Made by a program: the position numbers and the translations under genes. Below are positions 24,047 to 36,107 of a stretch of DNA of 55,290 bases, piece by piece. Origin of the DNA: Octopus bimaculoides (lineage: Eukaryota); NCBI RefSeq assembly GCF_001194135.2, contig NC_068985.1:24874317-24929606 (forward strand), given 5' to 3'. The notes beneath the pieces are model-generated. The model worked only from the letters and a program-made list of their open reading frames with translations. It searched no databases and was not told where the DNA came from. The first letter of the stretch is position 1; each line of letters starts with the position of its first letter.

Positions 24047-27000
24047 CAAAACAGAAGGTGTAAGTTTTAAATTAAAACTGTATATCAATTTGATATTAAA
24101 TTGTTGAAACTAGTTTGGTATATATGTAAATAAATGTATTTTAAATACTAGCTTTCGAAATTTAAGTGCATTTTCGACAACACATTTTCCTATATATTTT
24201 TCCTGCATGGAAACACTGCTCCCTCTTTTTGCTATATATANNNNNNNNNNNNNNNNNNNNNNNNNNNNNNNNNNNNNNNNNNNNNNNNNNNNNNNNNNNN
24301 NNNNNNNNNNNNNNNNNNNNNNNNNNNNNNNNNNNNNNNNNNNNNNNNNNNNNNNNNNNNNNNNNNNNNNNNNNNNNNNNNNNNNNNNNNNNNNNNNNNN
24401 NNNNNNNNNNNNNNNNNNNNNNNNNNNNNNNNNNNNNNNNNNNNNNNNNNNNNNNNNNNNNNNNNNNNNNNNNNNNNNNNNNNNNNNNNNNNNNNNNNNN
24501 NNNNNNNNNNNNNNNNNNNNNNNNNNNNNNNNNNNNNNNNNNNNNNNNNNNNNNNNNNNNNNNNNNNNNNNNNNNNNNNNNNNNNNNNNNNNNNNNNNNN
24601 NNNNNNNNNNNNNNNNNNNNNNNNNNNNNNNNNNNNNNNNNNNNNNNNNNNNNNNNNNNNNNNNNNNNNNNNNNNNNNNNNNNNNNNNNNNNNNNNNNNN
24701 NNNNNNNNNNNNNNNNNNNNNNNNNNNNNNNNNNNNNNNNNNNNNNNNNNNNNNNNNNNNNNNNNNNNNNNNNNNNNNNNNNNNNNNNNNNNNNNNNNNN
24801 NNNNNNNNGTAAAAGCACCCACTACACTCTTGGAGTGGTTGGCATTAGGAAGGGCATCCAGCTGTAGAAACTCTGCCAGATCAGATTGGAGCCTAGTGCA
24901 GCCATCTGGTTCGCCAGTCCTCAGTCAAATCGTCCAACCCATGCTAGCATGGAAAGCGGACGTTAAACGATGATGATGATAATGATATATATATCATAAA
25001 GTGGTCATTTCTTTGTCATATACCAAAAACATGACAGCTAGCAGATGAGAAAGAGGCAGCAAATGACAAAGTGAAAGCAGATACTTACAAAAGAATAGGA
25101 TGGAGAGAGAGAGAGAGAAAGAGATGCTACAAACAAGAGCAAAGGATGAAATCAAACACCAGTAGAACTAGAGGGAAAAGATGATTAATGGTATTGTTAC
25201 AGTAGTAGTAGTAGTAGTAAGTCTTTTAAAACTTTGGCACAAGGCCAGCAATTTTAGTGGGAACAAGTAAATGGATTACACCAACTTAGTATTTGACTGG
25301 TACTTCATCTGCAAAGATGACCACAATGAGATTTGAGCTCAGGCCATAGACAGAAAGATTAAATGATACTGAGAATTTTATCCATCAGGCAAACAATTGT
25401 CAGCTTGTCCCCTTCACAAGAACAATGATATTGGTTTCAAATTTTGGCACAAGGCCAGCAATTTCAAAGGAGGGGATAAGTGGATTACACCGACCCCAAN
25501 NNNNNNNNNTGGTTTCAAATTTTGGCACAAGGCCAGCAATTTCAAAGGAGGGGATAAGTGGATTACACCGACCCCAATGATCGACTGGTACTTATTTTAC
25601 CTATGACAAAAAGATGAAAGGCCAGCAGGCAAACAATTGTCAGCTTGTCCCCTTCACAAGAACAATGATATTGGTTTCAAATTTTGGCACAAGGCCAGCA
25701 ATTTCAAAGGAGGGGATAAGTGGATTACACTGACCCCAATGATCGACTGGTACTTATTTTACCTATGACAAAAAGATGAAAGGCAAAGTCAACCTTAATA
25801 GAATTTGAACTCAGAACAAAAAGCCAGACAAAATACCACTAAGCATTTCGCTCAGCATGCTAATGACTCTGCCAGTTTGTCACCTTAACAGTGATAATAA
25901 TATTGTCTTCAAATTTTGGCAGGACAGGAAAAGATCAAGGGAAGGGATAAACCGATTACATTGACCCCGATGTTCAGCTGGTACTTAATTTATTGACCCT
26001 GAAAGAATGAAAGACAAAGTTGATCTCAGTAGGATTTGAACTCAGAACATAAAAAAAACCCAAAAGAAATGCCGCTAAACATTTTGTCCAGGATGCTAAC
26101 AATTCTGCCAGCTCATCTGTGGCCACAAGTCCACACTTGCATGGAAAACTCATACTGGTTGTCATTAAATGGGGCTCCTACTACAATCCCACATATATGA
26201 ATTTCAACCAAACAACAAATGAAATGACCTGCTTCTAAGCACCAGGTGATCACAACCAGAATGACAGACCTGCATAGATGAGAAAAGAGAAAAATTACAT
26301 TTAAAACCCTGAAGCCTATACTTACTGGCCCACGGCCTCACTCAGTTGCAGTGGAACTGTGTCACTGACCAGGTCACAGATAGCGTGATGAAAATTTTGA
26401 CATTGAATAATAAGTAATTAAGTGAAGCTAACAGTTTGTGTGTGGTTTGGAATGACAAATACATGTCTTTTATGCTCTAATAGATTTAGTTTCAACATGC
26501 AGCCACAGATCAAATCACTTGCTTATTTATATTATTTTGCAGCATATATCAAGCTTTTACTAATTGTTTTACTAAATGCAGTCATGAGCTAAAACAGACT
26601 CCCTCTCCTGTCCGACCAGAACATCCAAAACATAAGAGTTGGAGGGAGAGAGGGTTGGTTGCACCAGTACTAGGCTAGCACTCGTTTTTCATCTGAGAGC
26701 ACTGGAGCTACATGATATAAAGTGCCTTTCTCAAAGATACAAAGCAAAGCCCAGTCCAAGAACTGGACCCACAACTTTCTGATTAATCAAGAGCCCAACA
26801 CTATTAATCCCAAACCATATGTCTTCGCAGGAGGAGTGCATGTGTGTTGGTGTGTATTGGTGTGTGTGTGTGTGTTGTTGTGTGTGTTGGTGGTGTGTGT
26901 GTGTTGGTGTGTGTGTTTGTTTGTTTGTGTGTGTGTTGGTGCGTGTGTGTGTTGGTGTGTGTGTGTTGGTTTGTGTGTGTTCGTTTGTGTGTATGTTGGT

Positions 27001-28962
27001 GTGTGTGTGTGTTCGTGTGTATGTGTGCATGTTNNNNNNNNNNNNNNNNNNNNNNNNNNNNNNNNNNNNNNNNNNNNNNNNNNNNNNNNNNNNNNNNNNN
27101 NNNNNNNNNNNNNNNNNNNNNNNNNNNNNNNNNNNNNNNNNNNNNNNNNNNNNNNNNNNNNNNNNNNNNNNNNNNNNNNNNNNNNNNNNNNNNNNNNNNN
27201 NNNNNNNNNNNNNNNNNNNNNNNNNNNNNNNNNNNNNNNNNNNNNNNNNNNNNNNNNNNNNNNNNNNNNNNNNNNNNNNNNNNNNNNNNNNNNNNNNNNN
27301 NNNNNNNNNNNNNNNNNNNNNNNNNNNNNNNNNNNNNNNNNNNNNNNNNNNNNNNNNNNNNNNNNNNNNNNNNNNNNNNNNNNNNNNNNNNNNNNNNNNN
27401 NNNNNNNNNNNNNNNNNNNNNNNNNNNNNNNNNNNNNNNNNNNNNNNNNNNNNNNNNNNNNNNNNNNNNNNNNNNNNNNNNNNNNNNNNNNNNNNNNNNN
27501 NNNNNNNNNNNNNNNNNNNNNNNNNNNNNNNNNNNGTGTGTGTGTGTGTGTGTGTGTGCATACATGTGCTATCTTTCCAGCTCTGACTAAACCTTAAAAC
27601 ATTTAGAATCCCCCTTGAGATGATGTTAATGGCAAATGACAACAAAGCCATAATAGAGAGTAAAAGATTCTAAACCAGTTTCAACTCTGTTAATGTAAAC
27701 AAGTAGAAAGAATGGCTAGGATATTGAACTTAGTAGTTTTAAAAGTTTTAACTAATGCTGTCACGTGCAATGTCTTACACACACACACACACACACTCAC
27801 AAAAAAGAAATTTAAAAATGGGGAGTGTGCATCAACTTCATTTGAGTAATAAGAGTAGTTTTAGGAAGAACTGTCTCTTTCATAACTGTACAGCTTTGAA
27901 GAGAATTATTTAAGCAACAGCTTCTATCTAGTATTAAGTATTTGAAATTGAAGGCATTTTTTTTTTTCTTTCCTATATTACAAGCAGGCAGTCATAGAGT
28001 ACAGAAAAATTAAGTTAGAACACATTGTCAGCCTATCAACAAAGCATTCATCAGAAGAAATACTTTCAAAATAGCATTAGAACATACATACCAAACTATT
28101 GATGAGTGAAACTACTAAATTGAAATTCCAGTTTACTATTTAGTCCAGTCACACTTGAAGTAGAAATGAAATGACCAAGCAAATAAGATACTGGTGTTGA
28201 GTTCATATTTATTTGAGGCTTTTGTCATCATCATCGTCGTTTAACGTCTGCTTTCCATGCTAGCATGGATTGGACGATTTGACTGAGGACTGGTGAAACC
28301 AGATGGCTACACCAGGCTCCAATCTGATTTGGCAGAGTTTCTACAGCTGGATGCCCTTCCTAACGCCAACCACTCCAAGAGTGTAGTGGGTGCCTTTACA
28401 TGCCACCGGCACAAAGGCCAGTCAGGCAGTACTGGCAAGAGCCACGCTCAAAATGGTGTATTTTACGTGCCACCTGCACAGGAGCCAGTTCAGTGGCACT
28501 GGCAACGATACACACACCAACACACTCATCAACACACACACACACACACACTCACTCCTCCTGCGAAGATATATGGTATAGGGATTCTGTGAAAAACCAC
28601 ATGTCTATTTCTACCTGCCTCAGTTTAATTAATTATTGGATACAGGTTTCAAAGGTGGGGTGTCATAACCAGAAGATGACATATTGTCCTTCAGCTTAAC
28701 CATTTGGCATTCAGAATATTCTGTCAAATGTAATGCTTATTTACTCATATTGTTTCAAATTAAACCTGCATCATCTTGTGGCATTGAGATTTCAATAAGG
28801 TGATTGCTTATTTTCAGAATAACATTGAAGGGTAGGTGTGAGATGCCAGATACAACCAGTCTGAGCATAAAACAAGAGAATATTAGGATCAGATATGGCC
28901 AGTTTAAATGCTAAAGGGATAAAGTCATATAACAAAGCAGAAGCCAGCCTTTATAATCTGTC

Positions 28963-29003
28963 CTGATGAAGGCTGGAGGGTATATCAGCCAAAATGTTGT
29001 GTT
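28963..29003 (+). ncRNA. Decayed minimal hammerhead-ribozyme-like motif
   Basis: CUGAUGA-A-GGCUG(GAGGGUAUAU)CAGCC-AAAAU-GUU-GUGUU: perfect CUGAUGA and 5-bp stem II. GAAAC has become AAAAU (two CpG-type transitions); the 5' stem I strand is absent. Confidence 0.6.
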
Positions 29004-29279
29004 AACAACAAACAAGATGAGGATAAATATCCGTCAAATGTAAATAATGTAAATAATGTACTGTCCAAGTTTGTTGAATAAATTTTATAATTATTCAAAT
29101 AATATACCATGTCATGTATATTATGTTGTGGTATATTATATTGTAGTAAATCCAGTATTGTAACATATTCTTTATACTTCATTCTACAAAAGAATTCTTT
29201 GTGAGAGCTTGACTTGCTAGAAATAGTAACTAAATCTCTCATATCCCATCCTATTGTTCTGAAAAAGAAAAGGACTCAT

Positions 29280-29660
29280 GTCAGTCACTGGACTGCAACC
29301 ATACTGTAACTTGAAGTTTATTCAAGCAAATCAACCCCAGGACTTATTCTTTGTAAGCCTAGTAATTATTCTATCGGTCTCTTTTGCTGAACCACTAAGT
29401 TAATGGGACATAAACACACCAACATCGGTTGCCAAGTAATGGTGGGGGGACAAACACAGACACAAACATACACACACACACACACATATATATATATACG
29501 ACGCGCTTTTAGTTTCTGTCTACTAAATCCAATCACAAGGCTTTGGTCAGCCTGAGTCTATAGTAGAAGACACTTGCCCAAAGTGCTACACAGTGAGACT
29601 GAACCCAGAACCATGTGGTTGGTAAGCAAGCTACTTACCACACAGCCACTCCTGCGCTTG
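29280..29660 (-). mobile_element. SINE family A, full length
   Basis: Reverse complement of 5746-6175. Confidence 0.85.
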
Positions 29661-30987
29661 TCTTCTCATAACATTTTAAAAATCTATTTGACCACAACCA
29701 GAGAGAAAAAAAAGAAAGAAATGGGTATTAATATTATTAGTTGTAAATTAATTCAAATTAGAGACTTTATAAGCACAAATTCAAGACAGAAAAAATCTGC
29801 ACAGAACTAAAGTAATTAAGACAATATTCAAGATATATACTTAATGCAAGTTTTCAATTTATGTTTGAAAATAAATAAAACACAAAGAAAGAGATAGAGA
29901 GAAAGAGAAACTGAATAACATAACATCAAAAAGAAAAAAAGCCTGAAACTATATAAAGAAGTCTTCATTATTCCCACCAAAGACAAATATAAAAAACATG
30001 TTAGATATGCTTATGCAAATTTGCCTGTTTAATTAACCATTTTATCAGCAAGTCATTCAACATCGCCCATACTAACACATTCATATTTAAATTAATATCT
30101 TTAAAAATTCAGTCATTCATATTATGAGGTTTTGACAGTGTGTCAAGACTTTAACACATTTTTAATGATCAGTTACAAAGGTTTCTGTACCAACTTTGCT
30201 TTCAACGTCAGCTCATGCAAACGTTCAAAGTGAAAATTTATACAATATTTGCAGTTTAAGACATTAGAGTGGCACTTCCTCAAATCTGCATCAAAGATGC
30301 ATTACATGGTGGGTCTACCAGACTTTGCTTATATCAAGTGGAAACAAAAAGTATGGTCTTTCTATCCTACCAGGACCTCAAATTATATATATTCCTTAAC
30401 TCCTATCTCTGAAGAGCACAGAGTTACATAATCAGGTTGTTACCTAACTCTCTGTTGAAACCTCTAGTGTGAAACTGATTGGTAAGATTGACCATAATGG
30501 ATGTATAACACTGAACACTTTGATTAATATCATTACCATCTTTTAACGTCCGTTTTCCATGCTGGCATGGGTTGGACGGTTTGACTGGGGAGTGGCAAGC
30601 CAGGAGGCCACACCAGGCTCCAATCTGATTTGGCAGTGTTTTTACCGCTAGATGCCCTTCCTAATACCAACCACTCCAAGTGTAGTGGGTGTTTTTTTAC
30701 GTGCCACGGGCACGGGAGCCAGCTAGGTGGCACTGGCATCGGCCACATTCGGATGGTGCTTTTTACATGCTACTGCCACAGGAACCAGTCGGGGTGGGGA
30801 GACTGGCATCGACCATGTTCAGATGATGCTTTTTACATCCTACCAGCATGAGAAGCTAGTCGGCGGCACTGACAACGACACATGCATGCATGGTGCTTAT
30901 TAGTTGCAAAACCAGTGACTGTGTGAGACTTTTTTTTCTATATATGACAAGCTGGGTTACACTACTGCGATGTCTAGCAGACAAGTA

Positions 30988-31037
30988 TCCATCACTGAAG
31001 ATGATCTAATAAGATCAAAATCGCATGATATGGTGGG
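30988..31037 (+). ncRNA. Type I hammerhead ribozyme fold, complete except G12A
   Basis: UCCAUCA-CUGAAGA-U-GAUCU(AAUA)AGAUC-AAA-AUC(GCAU)GAU-A-UGGUGGG: stem I 7 bp, stem II 5 bp, stem III 3 bp, AUA cleavage triplet. Confidence 0.72.
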
Positions 31038-31202
31038 GTCTTCAAGCTAGGATAGTATGGAGTTCTCTCCCCACTTGCTATATATATCAAGAGTGAAGTG
31101 CACTGAAAAGCTAGCTGGGGGGAAATGTCCTCCTAGGGACAAGGCAAGCCAACAGTTGTTCTGTGTGTTCACCATCTGATCCTGGCAGAAATTTTTTTCG
31201 TC

Positions 31203-31400
31203 TCAGAAAAACCAAAGCATGTTCAGTTGAGTTTGTTCAAAAGCTTCATAGCGCAGTCTTTCCCCATATATTGTCCGATCCCCATATATTGCATTAATAA
31301 TCCTTACACTTTCCATTGCGTTGCTGTCTTTATTGAACTCATAAAGCAAAATACCATAAAAACCCCACAATTCACACAATTTTTTACACAAAAACAAAAG
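31203..31400 (-). pseudogene. mariner-family transposase N-terminal HTH relic
   Basis: ILLYEFNKDSNAMESVRIINAIYGDRTI resembles the mariner/Hsmar1-type motif (LYEF..G.NA..A...IN..YG). Confidence 0.7.
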
Positions 31401-32934
31401 TAAACTTTAGGGGGTGCATAAATTAAACAAGTAGATCGCTTCCAGAAATTTTTTAGAAATTCTTTTTTTTGTTAAAAATGATGTACAAATGTAAACATTT
31501 GTACTGGAAGTTGACTCATTTAATGTCAGAATAGGTTTTTACAGAAAAAATATAATGAAATTGACTTGTTTACACTGGACAGTATAATGCTTACTTTTTC
31601 TATATAAATTTACTAAAACCATTAAATGGTGAACTACTTTTTGAAGTTTGATGTTCATGCTGGTAATCACGGTCCGGTCCATATTTTACTGCATCTAACA
31701 CCAACAACATCATAATTCATCCATGTGCATGTAAACTCACTAAGTGAATATGACTTAGCGTTCCTATGGAAACTTTCATTTACCTTATACAATGTTTAAT
31801 GTCATTTCACATTCATGTTCTCTTCATAGAACACTTGTAATGTATGTATTACCAGTTCTTTTGGTATAATAGATTTTTGCTATTCTTGTTTATGTCTCAT
31901 CACAGACGTGTAGATTCTAACAAGTTGCTTCTTAAATTTCACACCCCTCTCGTTCAATAAATACTGAGTTAAACTTGCAAAGCTGTTTATTTTCTCCTTT
32001 CAATTTTTAATGTTTATTTTAGCGGGTTACCAAACTATTGGTTTGGTCTCCCAGCTAAAATGGTAATGACAAATTATCAAGTTTGCTTGAAATTTTATAA
32101 GTTTGAAAGGGATTAAAATTTCAATACTACATATCAAAAGTTCTGACAAGACTAGGCAGAAAATCAGAGCTTGAGACAAGACACTTTCAACCAATCAGAA
32201 TTCTGTTTACATAATCAGTCTGATCAGTCACCTTCCTCTGTCGATTGAGTAAAGTGTCATCCAAGCTGTTGTTTATTGGCAATTAAACTTATTTTGCTAC
32301 ACTTGTGCATATTTATCATCTTTGTTTTTGTTGATAAGAATTATCAGCAACTTTTCCTGTGATCATGATTTGAGAAGACATACAGAAGTATGCGAAAGAT
32401 CTGATATAATCTCTTGTGGGCAAGAAATGTAAAATAAAGTTTATTATAAACAACACAAACACTTTGTAATTTAATAGCTTTCAATGTGATACCTGTTAAA
32501 CATTATTTTTATTTAATAAAATCTAATCATAAATANNNNNNNNNNTGCACAAATTACATGAGTTTTTACAGTATACCAAATATGCTCCTTTGTCACTTCC
32601 ATTATAGCTTTGAAAAAATAACTGTTAAAATCAAACTGCACTCTTCAAAACTTGTATTAAGAATAAGGACAAGGTAAAATTACTACCAGCTTTTATAGCA
32701 AGTTGATGCAGGTAGTTTATCCCATCTCGCTCTGATTTTTAGTTCATGCAATTGAAAAAACAGCATTATTTATGGGATGACCTAATATCTGGAATAAATA
32801 TTCCAAGACATTTTTTTCCTCGTACTTAAATGGTTCAAATACTACTACTACCAATGGTTTCTAACATAAACATAAGGTGAAATTTTGAGGGTATGGTATT
32901 AGTCATTTAAAACAACCCCAGTACTTGAGTGGTG

Positions 32935-33144
32935 TATGAAGGGGTACTGAAAAGGTAAAAGAAAATACAGGACTATCAGTTAATTATGATTTTATTCAAC
33001 ATATTCCCCTCTCAGATTCACACACTTATTTTAGTAGTCCTTCAGGTTTTTCTAAGTCCTGTAAAAGAACTTGGAAGGTTGGGCCTCCAACCAGGCCTTT
33101 CATAATACCCTTAAAACCAGGAACTTCTTCAGCATCCCCTTGTA
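32935..33144. mobile_element. mariner-like MITE
   Basis: Imperfect TIRs TATGAAGGGGTACTGAAAAG / CTTCAGCATCCCCTTGTA with flanking TA. Confidence 0.6.
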
Positions 33145-33400
33145 GTTTCATTTATTGCCAATTCATTTGTCACTGATCAGGAAAACATGGTAAGCTCAAT
33201 TGTGAACCATGTTATGCTTATTTGTGATAGAACAGGCCTGCAATCCATTGAAGATTCTGCTTGTACCACAAAAATGTGCCCCAGTGACAACTCACAGTAC
33301 ACAGCTACCCAAAATGCACTGACTGCCACTTGTGTTTACGTCACCGTGCTGCAAGGCAACATATTTTTTATATCTTTTATACATACTTGTACCCATCAAC

Positions 33401-33590
33401 ATGGGACCAATGGAAAGAGAAAACACTAAGGCACCTGAACTTAGCATATGACAGAGACAAGGGTATTCCCAACAAGAAAAGTTAAGAGCTCATCAAGAAG
33501 ATATGACAGTGGAACCTTTGCTGCTTTAGGTCCCAAGTTTGGTGTCGATGAATCTACCATTTGTTCCATTTACAAAGTGCATGGATAGGA
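33401..33590 (+). pseudogene. pogo/Tigger (CENP-B-like) transposase N-terminal HTH relic
   Basis: RYDSGTFAALGPKFGVDESTICSIYK (33499-33575) matches the HTH-psq pattern; frameshifts upstream, stop downstream. Confidence 0.7.
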
Positions 33591-34304
33591 TTCATTTATC
33601 ACCAATTTCTTTTTTTTTTTTTTTTTTTTTTTTAGCAGGGGAGACTGCGATAAACAAGGAGAGATGTACGTTTATTAACACTGAAAGGATGAAAGTAAAG
33701 TTGATCACAGCGGGATTTGAACTCAAAATGTGAAGAGCTGGAAAAAAATATCACAAGATGCTTTTTTTTTTTTTTTTAAATTTTTCTTTTTTTTCCTGCC
33801 TAACAATTTTGCCGGAACAACAAATTGCTGACAAAAGAAAAACAAAAAACAAAAAAAAAACTATTAAACTAGCATAGGTCAATGAATATAACACAAGAGA
33901 AAATGAAAAACATAGTTCCTGCTTACTTCCTTTTAACACTGAACAATGATACTTTCTTACATTTGAACAAGATGACTATCAAGGTCAAAATCATTAACAT
34001 ACTTGTTTTTGAGGGGAGTAGATCTTATTTTTTTGCCCATTTTATTTTTTCATACATTAACAAGTTACCAACTGTAAGTCAAAGAGAAATTGATGTGTAA
34101 ATTGCACTCATAATTACCACCTATAACTTAATTATACAATCAAATTAGGCACAGGCATGGCTAAGTGGTAAGAAGTTTGCTTACCAATCACATGGTTCCA
34201 GGTTCAAACACACAGTGTGACACATTGTGGCAAGTGTCTTCTACTATAGCCTCAGGCCAACCAAAGCTTTGAGTGGATTTGGCAGACAGAAACTGAAAGA
34301 AGCC

Positions 34305-34532
34305 GGCGAGCTGGCAGAAATGTTAGCACACCGGGTGAAATGCTTAGCGGTATTTCACCTATCTTTACGTTCTGAGTTCAAATTCCGCCGAGGTCAACTT
34401 TGCCTTTCATCCTTTCGGGGTCAATAAATTAAGTACCAGTTACGCACTGGGGTCGGTATAATCGACTTAATCTGTTTGTCTGTCCTTGTTTGTCCCCTCT
34501 GTGAGTAGCCCCTTGTGGGCAGTAAAGAAATA
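34305..34532 (+). mobile_element. Young SINE family B copy inserted into a family A head
   Basis: 17-bp TSD AGAAACTGAAAGAAGCC at 34288-34304 and 34533-34549. Confidence 0.9.
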
Positions 34533-34562
34533 AGAAACTGAAAGAAGCCTATCGTGTAGATT

Positions 34563-34606
<44 letters not shown>

Positions 34607-34926
34607 ACACACACATATATACCCTACTAAAGTTATACCATACTAGAGATAAAAATATCCTGGTCATATACAGCGTGCATAACATTGCCCTTAAAATATT
34701 AAAATAAGTTGATAAATTCTTTATCTCTTGCTGAAGAAGCAATTACATAAATTACTTTCATAAAGTACTGATGTTATTTGTAGCTCTTTCACTCTCCCTC
34801 GTGTGTGTGTGTTACATATAATATATGTGTGCTTGTCTAAGTTCAATGTGTAATCATATGTTTTATGTACATACATCACTGATAGGCCAGTTATTACAAT
34901 AACTGATGACTATTATATATATATAT

Positions 34927-35363
34927 AGGCACAGGAGTGGCTGCGTGGTAAAAAGTTTGCTTCCCAACCACATGGTTCCGGATTCAGTCCTACTGTGTAG
35001 CTCCTTAAGTAAGTGTCTTCTACGATAGCCTTGGGCCAACCAAAGCCTTGTCAGTGGATTTGGTGGACAGAAAATGAAAGAAGCCCATAATAAATATATA
35101 TATATATATATATATATAAAATAGATAGATAGATATGTATATATTTGTGTGTGTGTGTGTGTGTGTGTGTATTTGCCCCCCCCCCTCCCATCGCTTGACA
35201 ACCGATGTTGGTGTGTTTACGTCCCCTGTATCTTACCAGTTTGGCAAAAGGGACTGACAGAATAAGTACTAGGCTTACAAAGAATAAGTCCTGAGGTCAA
35301 TTTGTTCGACTAAAGGTGGTGCTCCAGCATGGCTGCAGTCAAATGACTGAAACAAGTAAAAGA
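34927..35363 (+). mobile_element. SINE family A, full length
   Basis: Head, microsatellite linker and tail all present. Confidence 0.85.
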
Positions 35364-35365
35364 AA

Positions 35366-35403
<38 letters not shown>

Positions 35404-35698
35404 GCGTTCCTGAATTTGCTTTGCAAGATCCGTGATGTGAAATCACATGCTGAAACAGATATTGTTATATATTTCAGGATGGTCAGTTTTTTTTCTTTTT
35501 TTTTTCCCAAATAATTCACTTCAGATTTCTTATTTTAGTGTACTTTGTCTGAAATATTTCATCACATGTCCTGTGACCTCTTCAAGAACCCTCCATCTCA
35601 CATGTCTCCTCAAGTTCTGCTTAGTCCATTCTGATTAAGAAAGAATGAATTAAAACAGAGAGGCAGAAGAATTGTTGCTAAACGGTCAGTTAGCATAC

Positions 35699-36107
35699 TC
35701 TTTTACTCTTTTACTTGTTTCAGTCATTTGACTGCGGCCATGCTGGTGCACCACCTTTAGTCGGTCAAGTCGACCCCAGGACTTATTCTTTGGAAGCCTA
35801 GTACTTATTCTATTGGTCTCTTGTGCCAAACTGCTAAGTTACGGGGACGTAAACACACCACCATTGATTGTCAAGCGATGCTGGGGGGACAAACACACAC
35901 ACACTAACGTATACACACACACATACATATATATATACATATATACGACGGGCTTCTTTCAGTTTCTGTCTACCAAATCCACTCACAAGGCTTTGGTTGG
36001 CCCGAGGCTATAGTAGAAGACACTTGCCCAAGGTGCCACGCAGTGAGATTGAATCCAGAACCATGTGGTTGGTTAGCAAGCTACTTACCACACAGCCACT
36101 CCTATGC
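35699..36107 (-). mobile_element. SINE family A, full length, inverted relative to 34927-35363
   Basis: Reverse complement of the family A consensus seen elsewhere in the window. Confidence 0.88.
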
